Shown piece after piece: positions 24,291 through 31,796 of a stretch of DNA of 63,433 bases (position 1 is the stretch's first letter; the number at the start of each line of letters is the position of its first letter). The position numbers and the translations under genes were made by a program. The stretch spans positions 1 to 63,433 of IMG/VR virus record IMGVR_UViG_3300019860_000021; one strand, 5' to 3'. The stretch comes from a virus. The notes below the pieces were generated by a model. The model did not search any database and had not been told where the DNA came from. It saw only the letters and a list, made by a program, of their open reading frames with translations.

Positions 24291-25357
24291 GCGTTCACGT
24301 CGCGGTCATGGGCCGCACCGCAGGCACATACCCACTCCCGAACGTTGAGCGGCATCTTCTCTTGCAGGGTGCCGCATGCCGAGCACAGCTTGGAGGAAGG
24401 GAACCAGCGGTCCACGACCAGCAGTTCTCGGCCGTACCAGGCGCACTTGTACTCCAGCATCGAGCGGAATCCCCGCCAGGATGCGTCGGAAATGGCGCGG
24501 GCCAGCCGCCCGTTCTTGACCATGTTGCGGACGGTCAGGTCCTCGATCACGACCGTTTGGTTCTCACGGACGAGCCGAGTGGTGATTTTGTGCAGGAAAT
24601 CGCGGCGCCGGTCGGTGATCCGCGCGTGGATGCGGGCGACCTTGCGGCGGGCCTTCTCCCGGTTCGCCGACCCCTTGGCCTTGCGGGACAGGGCCCGCTG
24701 CGCACGGGCGAGCTTTCGCCGGTCGCGGCGTTCGTGCCGGGGGTTGGTGATCTTCTCCCCGGTGGAGAGGGTGGCCAGGGCGGTGATCCCAGCGTCCACC
24801 CCTACCGAGGACTCCACCGGGGGAAGCGGGCGGATCTTCTCCTCGACCAGGATGGACACGAACCAGCGTCCCGCGTTGTCGCGCGACACCGTCACCGTGG
24901 ACGGCTCTGCACCTTCTGGGAGGGGACGAGACCACACGATGCGCAAGGGCTCGCTCATCTTCGCCAACGTCAGCGTGCCGTCCCGGTAGCGGAACGCCGA
25001 GCGGGTGTACTCCGCCGACGCCCGCGACTTCTTCCGGGACTTGAACGTGGGGTACTTGGCCCGCTTGGCGAAGAAGTTCGCGAACGCCGCTTGCAGGTGC
25101 CGCAATGCTTGCTGGAGCGGAACCGACGACACCTCGTTCAGGAACGCGAGTTCGGGGGTTCTCTTCCATTGGGTGAGCGCGGCCGAGGTCTCCACGTAGG
25201 AGACGCGGCGGCCCTCTTGGGTGTAGGCGCGGGTCCGCTCCTCCAGGGCCTTGTTGTAGACGAGGCGGACGCAGCCGAACGTCCGGAGCAGTTCTTCGGC
25301 CTGCTCGGGGGTCGGGTAGAAGCGGTACTTGTAGGCCCGCTTCACAAGCTGCGCCAT
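24251..25357 (-). CDS. tnpB: TnpB RNA-guided nuclease
   Basis: MAQLVKRAYKYRFYPTPEQ..., RuvC motifs VGVDAGI, VIEDL and DRDVNAARNI, Zn finger CSACG...CACG. Confidence 0.92.
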   Translation of the reverse strand: MAQLVKRAYKYRFYPTPEQAEELLRTFGCVRLVYNKALEERTRAYTQEGRRVSYVETSAALTQWKRTPELAFLNEVSSVPLQQALRHLQAAFANFFAKRAKYPTFKSRKKSRASAEYTRSAFRYRDGTLTLAKMSEPLRIVWSRPLPEGAEPSTVTVSRDNAGRWFVSILVEEKIRPLPPVESSVGVDAGITALATLSTGEKITNPRHERRDRRKLARAQRALSRKAKGSANREKARRKVARIHARITDRRRDFLHKITTRLVRENQTVVIEDLTVRNMVKNGRLARAISDASWRGFRSMLEYKCAWYGRELLVVDRWFPSSKLCSACGTLQEKMPLNVREWVCACGAAHDRDVNAARNILAAGLAER

Positions 25358-25551
25358 GTCTCACATTTTACTAGAAGATCAGTTAAGAACGATCTGCGAT
25401 GGGAGGATGGCGCTTCCTCCCCAGGGCTGAAGCCCGGGGTCTCCGCGCCAGAACTCCGATAACGCGCCAACCGCCACGAAGGAGTAAAGTACCCACCACG
25501 TCCACCGCAAAGGACGCAAAGAAGCCCCGCGCTTCCGCAAGAGCCGGGGCT

Positions 25552-27495
25552 GTGGCCAGACAACCAGTGGGGGTTGCTGACGTGGTTGATTCTACGCCGC
25601 CTTCCCGCGGCGACGCCAACCGTTCCACGCGACGGCGCTTCAACACCGCCGAACGCGTCGCAATGTACCTCGCCTCCGGCGGACGCTGCTCCAACTGCGG
25701 CACCGAACTCGAACCCGGCTGGCACGGCGACCACATCACTCCCTGGTCCCGAGGAGGGGCCACCGACTCCATCAACGGACAGGCGCTCTGCCCGTCCTGC
25801 AACCTGCGGAAAGGGGATAAGCCTTCCATGAGCTGGAATGGTCCTGACCTGCGCGAGTGGCAGCGCAAAGCGCTCGACACTTACCTCGCCCACGACCCCG
25901 CGGACTTCCTCGCGGTCGCCACACCAGGCGCAGGAAAGACCACCTTCGCACTCCGCGTCGCCCACGAACTCCTCGAATCCGGGATCGTGCAGCGCGTCGT
26001 CGTCGTGGTCCCCACCGACCACCTGAAGATCCAGTGGGCTAACTCCGCCCACCGATGCGGCATCAGCCTCGACCCCAAGATCAGCAACGCCGACGGCCTG
26101 GAAAAAGCAGCCGACTACCAAGGCATGGCCATGACCTACGCCCAGGTGGCGTCCCAACCCGACCTGCACCGAATGGGAGCCGGACAACGCAGGACCCTGG
26201 TGATCCTCGACGAGATCCACCACGCCGGCGAGGACAAGGCGTGGGGGGACGCGGTCCGCCACGCCTTCCAGCCTGCCGAACGTCGCCTGTGCCTGTCCGG
26301 CACACCGTTCCGCTCCGACAACAACCCGATCCCGTTCGTCCGCTACGACGAGGCAGGGAAGTCCAAGGCGGATTTCACCTACGGGTACGGGCGTGCGATC
26401 CGCGACGACGTGTGCCGCCAGGTCGACTTCCACTTCTACGACGGGGAAATGAAGTGGATGGACTCCGGTGCGGTCACCGCCAGCGCCAACCTGTCCGCGG
26501 ACCTGGCTGCTGGTGACCGCTCCTCGGCGTTGGAGACCGCGCTCGACCCGGACACCGGATGGATGCGCGGGGTCCTCGAAGTCGCCGACACCGCGCTGGA
26601 CAACCTACGCACTGAAGTCCCCAACGCCGGCGGCCTCGTGATCGCGTACCGGGCCTACCATGCGCGCGCCTACGCCAAGATCCTCCAGGAGCTCACCGGC
26701 GAGGAGCCGACGGTGGTACTCAGCGAGGACGGGCCGACCGCGAACCAGGGCATCGAGGCGTTCTCGCGTGGCACCGGCAAGTGGCTGGTCGCGGTGCGCA
26801 TGGTGTCGGAAGGTGTGGACGTGCCGCGGCTGGCGGTGGGCGTGTACGCGACGAAGACCCGCACCGAGATGTTTTTCCGGCAGGCGGTGGGCCGGTTCGT
26901 GCGGAAGCAGAAGGGTGAGGAGCACTCCGCGTTGTTGTTCGCGCCTGCGTTGAAGGGGTTGCAGGCGATGGCGGCGACGATCGAACAGGAGATCCAGCAC
27001 GAGATCGACCTGGAGCGTCAGGAGTACGAGAAGGCACAGCGGGAAGGCGGCGTTCAGGGGATGTTGGCGTTTCCGGCTGTGCCGTTGAGCGCGTCTGACC
27101 CCACGTTCGACCGGGCGATTCACAGCGGGCGGGAGTACGTGGGGCAGCAGCTCCACGAGCGCACGATGGAGCGGATGAAGCAGTACAACTTCCCCAGCAG
27201 CGCTTTCCAGGCGGTGCGGGCGATGGTGCACGACGAGATGCTTAAAGAGGGCGCTGTTTCTGAGGCTGTGCCCGTAGCGGTCGCGGAGCCGGAGCCGAAG
27301 TTCCGGTTGGAGAAGCGACTGCGGGACACGTTGTACCGGTTGGCGAAGCGGATCGCGATTCGGGACGGGCGTGACCATTGCGAGGTGCAGCGAGAAGTCA
27401 ACCAGGTCATGGGGGTGCGTAAGCGCAGTGAGGCGAACCTTCAGCAGTTGGAGTTGGGGATTGCCTGGGCTCAGAAGTACTTGGGGGATCGGTGA
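25552..27495 (+). CDS. HNH endonuclease fused to SF2 (DEAD/DEAH, ResIII-type) helicase; start uncertain
   Basis: HNH: CSNCGTELEPGWHGDHITPWSRGGATDSINGQALCPSCNLRKG. Helicase: ATPGAGKTT, LDEIHHAG, LSGTPFRSD, VRMVSEGVDVPR, QAVGRFVR. GTG at 25552 or 25567. The ORF track start at 25399 lies inside the IS left end. Confidence 0.85.
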   Translation: MARQPVGVADVVDSTPPSRGDANRSTRRRFNTAERVAMYLASGGRCSNCGTELEPGWHGDHITPWSRGGATDSINGQALCPSCNLRKGDKPSMSWNGPDLREWQRKALDTYLAHDPADFLAVATPGAGKTTFALRVAHELLESGIVQRVVVVVPTDHLKIQWANSAHRCGISLDPKISNADGLEKAADYQGMAMTYAQVASQPDLHRMGAGQRRTLVILDEIHHAGEDKAWGDAVRHAFQPAERRLCLSGTPFRSDNNPIPFVRYDEAGKSKADFTYGYGRAIRDDVCRQVDFHFYDGEMKWMDSGAVTASANLSADLAAGDRSSALETALDPDTGWMRGVLEVADTALDNLRTEVPNAGGLVIAYRAYHARAYAKILQELTGEEPTVVLSEDGPTANQGIEAFSRGTGKWLVAVRMVSEGVDVPRLAVGVYATKTRTEMFFRQAVGRFVRKQKGEEHSALLFAPALKGLQAMAATIEQEIQHEIDLERQEYEKAQREGGVQGMLAFPAVPLSASDPTFDRAIHSGREYVGQQLHERTMERMKQYNFPSSAFQAVRAMVHDEMLKEGAVSEAVPVAVAEPEPKFRLEKRLRDTLYRLAKRIAIRDGRDHCEVQREVNQVMGVRKRSEANLQQLELGIAWAQKYLGDR

Positions 27496-28073
27496 GTCGT
27501 CTCCTGCGTGCCCGTGGGGGCTTGGTGGACGCGTTGTCGTCGGCGTTGGACAGTGGCGGGCACGGGTTGTCCAATGTTCCGGTGTTGTTGAAGCGGCTGC
27601 TGGCCGAGGAGGGGTGGCGGGAGTTCGAGACGGTGCGGGGGGAGGTTGTGCGGCATGAGCGGTTCGAGGAGTTCGTGACTCTGCCGCCGTTGAAGGGGTT
27701 GGGGACCAGTGTTGGTCTGATCAAGCGGATCGTGGCTGACGACCGCGAGGCGGTGGACCTGCTCGACCGAGTGCTTCAGAGACAGGTCGGTCGCCCCAGG
27801 GAAATTGTGTACAATGTACACAATTCCAAAGGGCGGCCTGCTGGAAATTCTCAGGCACGTGCTCTCCGCCGTCTCCGCAAGGACGCCCCAGAGCTGCACG
27901 CCGAAGTGATCGCCGGCCGCCTCTCCGCGCACGCCGCGATGGTCAAGGCCGGATTCCGGACACGCACCATCAGCGTGCCGGTGGAGCACCCTGACCGAGT
28001 CGCGGCAGCGCTCCGCAGACACATGACCCAGGAACAGCTCGAAGAACTCGTTCGCCACCTGACAGACGACTGA
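27492..28073 (+). CDS. putative DNA-binding protein (193 aa)
   Basis: Start overlaps the helicase stop. Basic C-half GRPAGNSQARALRRLRKDAPELHAEVIAGRLSAHAAMVKAGFR. Contains a 23-bp perfect palindrome. Confidence 0.6.
   Translation: MSRLLRARGGLVDALSSALDSGGHGLSNVPVLLKRLLAEEGWREFETVRGEVVRHERFEEFVTLPPLKGLGTSVGLIKRIVADDREAVDLLDRVLQRQVGRPREIVYNVHNSKGRPAGNSQARALRRLRKDAPELHAEVIAGRLSAHAAMVKAGFRTRTISVPVEHPDRVAAALRRHMTQEQLEELVRHLTDD
27803..27825. repeat. 23-bp perfect AT-rich palindrome inside a CDS
   Basis: AATTGTGTACA a TGTACACAATT. Confidence 0.9.
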
Positions 28074-28092
28074 ACCCCGCGCGCACGTGAAC

Positions 28093-28139
28093 GGCCCTGC
28101 CTATCCTGAAAGCAGCGGCACCCCAGGAAGGGCAGGGCC
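28093..28139 (+). repeat. conserved stem-loop, copy 2
   Basis: GGCCCTGCCtatcctg...cacccc.ggaagGGCAGGGCC, 20 nt after the stop at 28073. Confidence 0.7.
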
Positions 28140-28170
28140 TATGCCGGCAGAGTACCCCGAGTCGCTATGC

Positions 28171-28204
28171 CCCCACCACTCGACGTGGTGAGGGCTTTTG
28201 GTTT
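28171..28204 (+). terminator. terminator-like hairpin
   Basis: ccccaccac tcgac gtggtgaggg followed by cttttggttt. Confidence 0.5.
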
Positions 28205-28258
28205 CTGCTGGTGGGGTGGGGTGTTGGCGAAGGCGAGAGAAATTTTCCAACCCACCAC

Positions 28259-28366
28259 TTGACGCTTCCGGTTTAGGAAGCTAGGCTCGGTGTCACGAGG
28301 TTAGGGGAACGGCCCCAGACACCCGCCCCGGGGAGCAGCCCCAGGGCCCAACCGGAAGGACCGGAA
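28259..28366 (+). promoter_or_regulatory. promoter + palindromic operator + conserved leader, copy A
   Basis: TTGACG N17 TAGGCT. The spacer is GCTTCCggtttaGGAAGC. The leader carries GGGGAACGGCCCCAG (28304) and GGGGAGCAGCCCCAG (28330), then CCGGaaggaCCGG around the SD. Confidence 0.6.
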
Positions 28367-29365
28367 ATGGCTTTCGTCACCGCCGAGCACGTATACACCC
28401 TCGCCGAAGCCGACTTCTCCGACCTGCCTGTCCTCGCCGTCGATGTCGACGGCGAGATCGAGGTCTTCCCCCAGTCCACCGCGCAGGCCCGCGGCGCCCG
28501 CATCCTCACCGACGCCGCCGCCCTCGACGAGTACACCAACGGTGAGGACCTGGACGACGTCCTCGCCGAACAGTTCGCCCAGGAACTCAACCAGGCGCAC
28601 GACCTGGTCGACGACACCGAGGACACCGACGCCGCAACAGGAGCGGACATGCGAATCATCAACCTGACGCCCCACGATGTGACGCTCGTCACCACGGGCG
28701 GTGACGAGGTCGTGGTCCCGCCGGAGGAAGCCCCGGCGCGGATCCCCGCCACGACCACCCCCGTAGGGGATGTCAACGGCATCCCCCTGGTCGTGGAGCA
28801 GCTGGGAGACGCCAACAGTGTTCTCCCGCCCCCTCAGCCGGGAGTGGTCTACGTGGTCGCGCGCCCCGTGGCGGAGCGCGCCAACCGGCCGGACCTGGTC
28901 GTCCCCACTAACGTGGAGCGGGTCAACGGCCGCCCGGTGCGCGCCCGGGCTCTCGCCCGGGTGGCGACAGAATCCCCCCGCACCGCGGCTGCTAACGTGA
29001 TTATCCGGGTCGCCGAAGCGGCGATCACCGAAGACCGGGACCACCAGGTCGCGCTAGAGCTGCTGGAGGTCGCCGCCGGGATTCGCCGTGGCAGCGGCAC
29101 CACGCTCCGCGATGCGACGTACGTACTCACCGCCATTGAACAGGCGCGGTTCATCTCCGCCCAGCTCCGGCGGGAAGCCCGGGCCGCGCTCGAGACCCTG
29201 AGGGGACTGGAAGCGGCATACGCGGACGACGTACAGAACAACCCCCCGTCCTGCCGTCCGTGCGGCGGAACCGGGGAACTGCCGGTGGACGATGTCACCC
29301 CGCCGGTCGCGTGCAGTGAGTGCGGGGGAACAGGCCAGGAGCAGGTGGTCGTCCCGACCGCCTAG
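28367..29365 (+). CDS. three-part protein: acidic N-region, domain paralogous to 18707 gene, C-terminal 2x CxxCGGTG
   Basis: 332-aa ORF. An internal ATG at 28649 follows AGGAG. CRPCGGTG and CSECGGTG are DnaJ-type zinc motifs. Confidence 0.7.
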   Translation: MAFVTAEHVYTLAEADFSDLPVLAVDVDGEIEVFPQSTAQARGARILTDAAALDEYTNGEDLDDVLAEQFAQELNQAHDLVDDTEDTDAATGADMRIINLTPHDVTLVTTGGDEVVVPPEEAPARIPATTTPVGDVNGIPLVVEQLGDANSVLPPPQPGVVYVVARPVAERANRPDLVVPTNVERVNGRPVRARALARVATESPRTAAANVIIRVAEAAITEDRDHQVALELLEVAAGIRRGSGTTLRDATYVLTAIEQARFISAQLRREARAALETLRGLEAAYADDVQNNPPSCRPCGGTGELPVDDVTPPVACSECGGTGQEQVVVPTA

Positions 29366-29429
29366 CCAACTGGCGTCGCTAGCAGAACCGGTGCGGCCCC
29401 AGCGGCCGCACCACCCAAACAGGACAGTC

Positions 29430-29469
29430 GAGCCCCCGACCGCGATGGTCGGGGGCTCCCCCCGTTTTT
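29430..29469 (+). terminator. rho-independent terminator
   Basis: 12-bp perfect stem gagcccccgacc / ggtcgggggctc followed by ccccccgTTTTT. Ends 9 nt before the next ATG. Confidence 0.75.
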
Positions 29470-29477
29470 GAGGACTC

Positions 29478-29972
29478 ATGGAACACGGCTCTGAGCCCAC
29501 GCAGTACACAGACCCGCCCGGCATGCCCGAGGACGAGCGCATGACCCCCAGCCAGAATTTCGCGTGGTCCGCCGAGGCGGGGCTAACTGCCACGGAACAT
29601 GTCTGTACCGGAAAGGTACGGCTGTCTAGCGTGGGGGGTATGGCCGCAGATGACCCCCAGCAGATGCGTGAGCGCCTCGACCGCATCCGGTGCTCGTTCT
29701 ACCAGTGGCGGATCAGCTACGAACTCCACCGCCCGGAGGGGGGACGGTGGGTGGCGTGGCGAATCGACCCGCTGGAGGAGTGGGAGGCGGAGGCTGGCCT
29801 GACGTGTGTGGTCTCCGCATGGGACCACGATACGTTCCTGGCGAGGCTGGGCGCGGAGCAGAGGAGGCAGGATGAGCTGAGGGTCAGGCGGCGGCAGGAA
29901 GAGGAGGAGGGGAAGTCGCGCGGCCCCCTGTCCCCTATGCGGCAGCGCGGCGAGGGGTCCCGGGGTGGCTGA
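29478..29972 (+). CDS. hypothetical protein (164 aa)
   Basis: GAGGA SD. ORF with an Arg/Glu-rich C-terminus. No motif recognised. Confidence 0.55.
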   Translation: MEHGSEPTQYTDPPGMPEDERMTPSQNFAWSAEAGLTATEHVCTGKVRLSSVGGMAADDPQQMRERLDRIRCSFYQWRISYELHRPEGGRWVAWRIDPLEEWEAEAGLTCVVSAWDHDTFLARLGAEQRRQDELRVRRRQEEEEGKSRGPLSPMRQRGEGSRGG

Positions 29973-30034
29973 GGGGCGCCCCGGGGCTGTTTTCCCCGTC
30001 ACCGTGGTGGTGGCGGGGAATTTTTGTTGCACAC

Positions 30035-30136
30035 TTGTCGCTTCCGACTTAGGAAGCTATGGTGGTGTTAGTCGGGGAACAGCCCCAGACACCCGCCCCG
30101 GGGAACAGCCCCAGGGCCCGACCGGAAGGACCGGCT
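30035..30136 (+). promoter_or_regulatory. promoter + palindromic operator + conserved leader, copy B
   Basis: TTGTCG N17 TATGGT. The spacer is GCTTCCgacttaGGAAGC. GGGGAACAGCCCCAG occurs at 30074 and 30100. CCGGaaggaCCGG surrounds the SD. Near-identical to 28259-28366. Confidence 0.6.
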
Positions 30137-30439
30137 ATGCGCACGACTGCTGGGGACTACACCGTCTCGGTCGCGTTGACCGACGACGTCGCCGACAACG
30201 GTCGCAGCACCGTTGAAGTGCTGCGCCGCGAGCAGATCGGGGAGGTCGACGGCGAGACCTTCTACGCCCTCGGTGGCAAGATCACCGGATGGACGATCCC
30301 CGTGCCCACGGACGCCGACGACGTCATCGACCAGGCGCTGACCGCCGCCGAAGCCGTGCTCGCCGAGCACGGCTGGAAGACCGCCGGCCCCTGGGAGATC
30401 GCAGACAGCAACGCCCACGCCCCTGTCACCAGGGGCTGA
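30137..30439 (+). CDS. small acidic protein (100 aa), anti-defence candidate
   Basis: ORF 30059.. trimmed to the ATG at 30137 after GGAAGGA: MRTTAGDYTVSVALTDDVADNGRS... No known motif. Confidence 0.6.
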   Translation: MRTTAGDYTVSVALTDDVADNGRSTVEVLRREQIGEVDGETFYALGGKITGWTIPVPTDADDVIDQALTAAEAVLAEHGWKTAGPWEIADSNAHAPVTRG

Positions 30440-30449
30440 CGAATGGCTC

Positions 30450-30488
30450 GGGGAGGTCGGCGCCGCGGCTGGCCTCCCCCCTTTTTTT
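30450..30488 (+). terminator. rho-independent terminator / attenuator
   Basis: ggggagg N16 cctcccc followed by cT7. Ends 9 nt before the GAAGGAG SD of the next gene. Confidence 0.75.
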
Positions 30489-30509
30489 CCCTTTGTGAAG
30501 GAGAAAACA

Positions 30510-31355
30510 ATGCTGACAGCAGCAGAGTTCAAGACGCTCCGGGAGCACCTCGGCATCCCCGGGGAATGGCTCGCACGCCGATTCGGCGTCTCCGACAGAT
30601 CGGTGCGGCACTGGGACAGCGGGAAATACCCGGTTCCCGAACGCATCAGCCGCTGGCTGCGCTGGCTGGCCGAGGAAACCGAGGCCACGGTGGCCTGGAT
30701 CGCAGAACGCCTCGAGAACAGCCCTGAGAGGCTGCTGGTCACCTACCGAAACGATGAAGAACTCGACGCCGGCGCTGCGGACGACCCCTACCGGGGTCTG
30801 TATCCGGACGATGACTTGCCGTCCGCTTGGCACCGCAGGATGGCCGCCCGTGTTGCTGAGCGCGTGCCGGGGTTGCGCCTGGTCTACCCCGGCCAGACGG
30901 CAGCGGACATTCCCGCTGCGGTCACCAGCCTTCTGGACGTGACCGCAGACTGCGACGACCGCTCCGATCCCGAGGCGTGGATCGAGGCGTGGTCGTCGCA
31001 GTCTGCCAGCCACGGGTTCGAGACGGAGCGGGCCGGTGAGGCGTACAACGGCGCCCCGATTCTTGAGGACGCAGAGGGGGAGCTCTACGTCCTGTCGTGG
31101 TGGGAGGGGCGCGTGTACGCGTCTCGGATCACCACGTGGGTGCGGGAGGCCGAGGAGGAGGGGCTGGAGGCCGTGGAGCTCCGCGACAACGGCCGGGAGG
31201 TGTGGGCGTATGCCTACGCGTCCAACAGTGCCGGGTCTATGAGCCTGGTGGACGCTCGCGTTGTGGTCGGGTCCGAGGCCACGCCCGGCGAACGCGAGGA
31301 ATGGGTGCGCGATTACGTGAGAGGCCTGGAAGCGGGCGGGTACGAGCGGGGTTGA
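30510..31355 (+). CDS. Aca2/DUF1870-like HTH regulator with extra C-terminal domain
   Basis: MLTAAEFKTLREHLGIPGEWLARRFGVSDRSVRHWDSGKYPVPERI...LLVTYRNDEEL...AWHRRMAARVA parallels the recalled Aca2 pattern (ELQAIRKLL..VSARSWQYWESGRSAVPDDV..LRFYNKLDEY..GWRLSQSVAA). Confidence 0.55.
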   Translation: MLTAAEFKTLREHLGIPGEWLARRFGVSDRSVRHWDSGKYPVPERISRWLRWLAEETEATVAWIAERLENSPERLLVTYRNDEELDAGAADDPYRGLYPDDDLPSAWHRRMAARVAERVPGLRLVYPGQTAADIPAAVTSLLDVTADCDDRSDPEAWIEAWSSQSASHGFETERAGEAYNGAPILEDAEGELYVLSWWEGRVYASRITTWVREAEEEGLEAVELRDNGREVWAYAYASNSAGSMSLVDARVVVGSEATPGEREEWVRDYVRGLEAGGYERG

Positions 31356-31375
31356 GCTGAATATCCCGAACAGAA

Positions 31376-31408
31376 GGGGCCCCCACAATGCCGTGGGGGC
31401 CCTTTTTT
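31376..31408. terminator. bidirectional terminator at the convergence of the two arms
   Basis: ggggcccccac N6 gtgggggccc followed by T6, with an A-rich 5' flank. Confidence 0.8.
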
Positions 31409-31450
31409 GAGCGCGGAATGGACCTTCGTCCAGTACCAGGTTCGTCCGCA

Positions 31451-31483
31451 GCGCTCCGGTCTTCAGCCCGGGGAGCGCGTCAA
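31451..31483 (+). repeat. solo RE-like IS-end hairpin
   Basis: gcgctccggtcttcagcccggggagcgcGTCAA. The TCA is the stop codon (minus strand) of the holin-like gene. Confidence 0.5.
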
Positions 31484-31761
31484 TGCTGCGTGTACCGGGG
31501 CGTACCACCAATCCCAAGCCCCAGCAACACCCGCCCCCAAACCGGGGAAACCCACTCCTCCAACACGCGCGCCACCGCGTAGTAGACTCCCGCCACCACC
31601 ACGGTGACGACCTCCTCCAACGCGTCCACCGGCAGCTCCACGGCAAGATACCGAGAGCCGAGCGCCACCAGCACCCCCACGAGCAGCGGCACGAGGGTGC
31701 GGATGATTGACGCACCAATGTCGGGCACGGTCTCGTTCTGCGCAGGTTCTGTGGTAGTCAC
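31480..31761 (-). CDS. putative holin (93 aa)
   Basis: Hydrophobic segments IIRTLVPLLVGVLVALG, VVTVVVAGVYYAV and VWGRVLLGLGIGG. Last gene of the lysis cassette. Confidence 0.55.
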   Translation of the reverse strand: MTTTEPAQNETVPDIGASIIRTLVPLLVGVLVALGSRYLAVELPVDALEEVVTVVVAGVYYAVARVLEEWVSPVWGRVLLGLGIGGTPRYTQH

Positions 31762-31796
31762 GGTCTCCTCCCAACCTTAGATTCCCTGCCTGAATA

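Larger units (their letters stand above)
24128..25458 (-). mobile_element. IS200/IS605-family tnpB-only element (IS1341-like)
   Basis: The RE ends ...ccggcttcagccgtggggaggaagTCAA at 24128. The LE starts cggagttctggcgcggaga + ccccgggcttcagccctgggg and is flanked by TTAT (revcomp of 25459-25462). No tnpA. Confidence 0.8.

Noticed and set aside
25399-25551. First ~50 codons of the helicase ORF as listed in the track
   Set aside because: They are encoded by the left-end hairpin of the tnpB element (25413-25458) and its flank, so they are unlikely to be native coding sequence. The start was moved to the first GTGs, but it remains uncertain.
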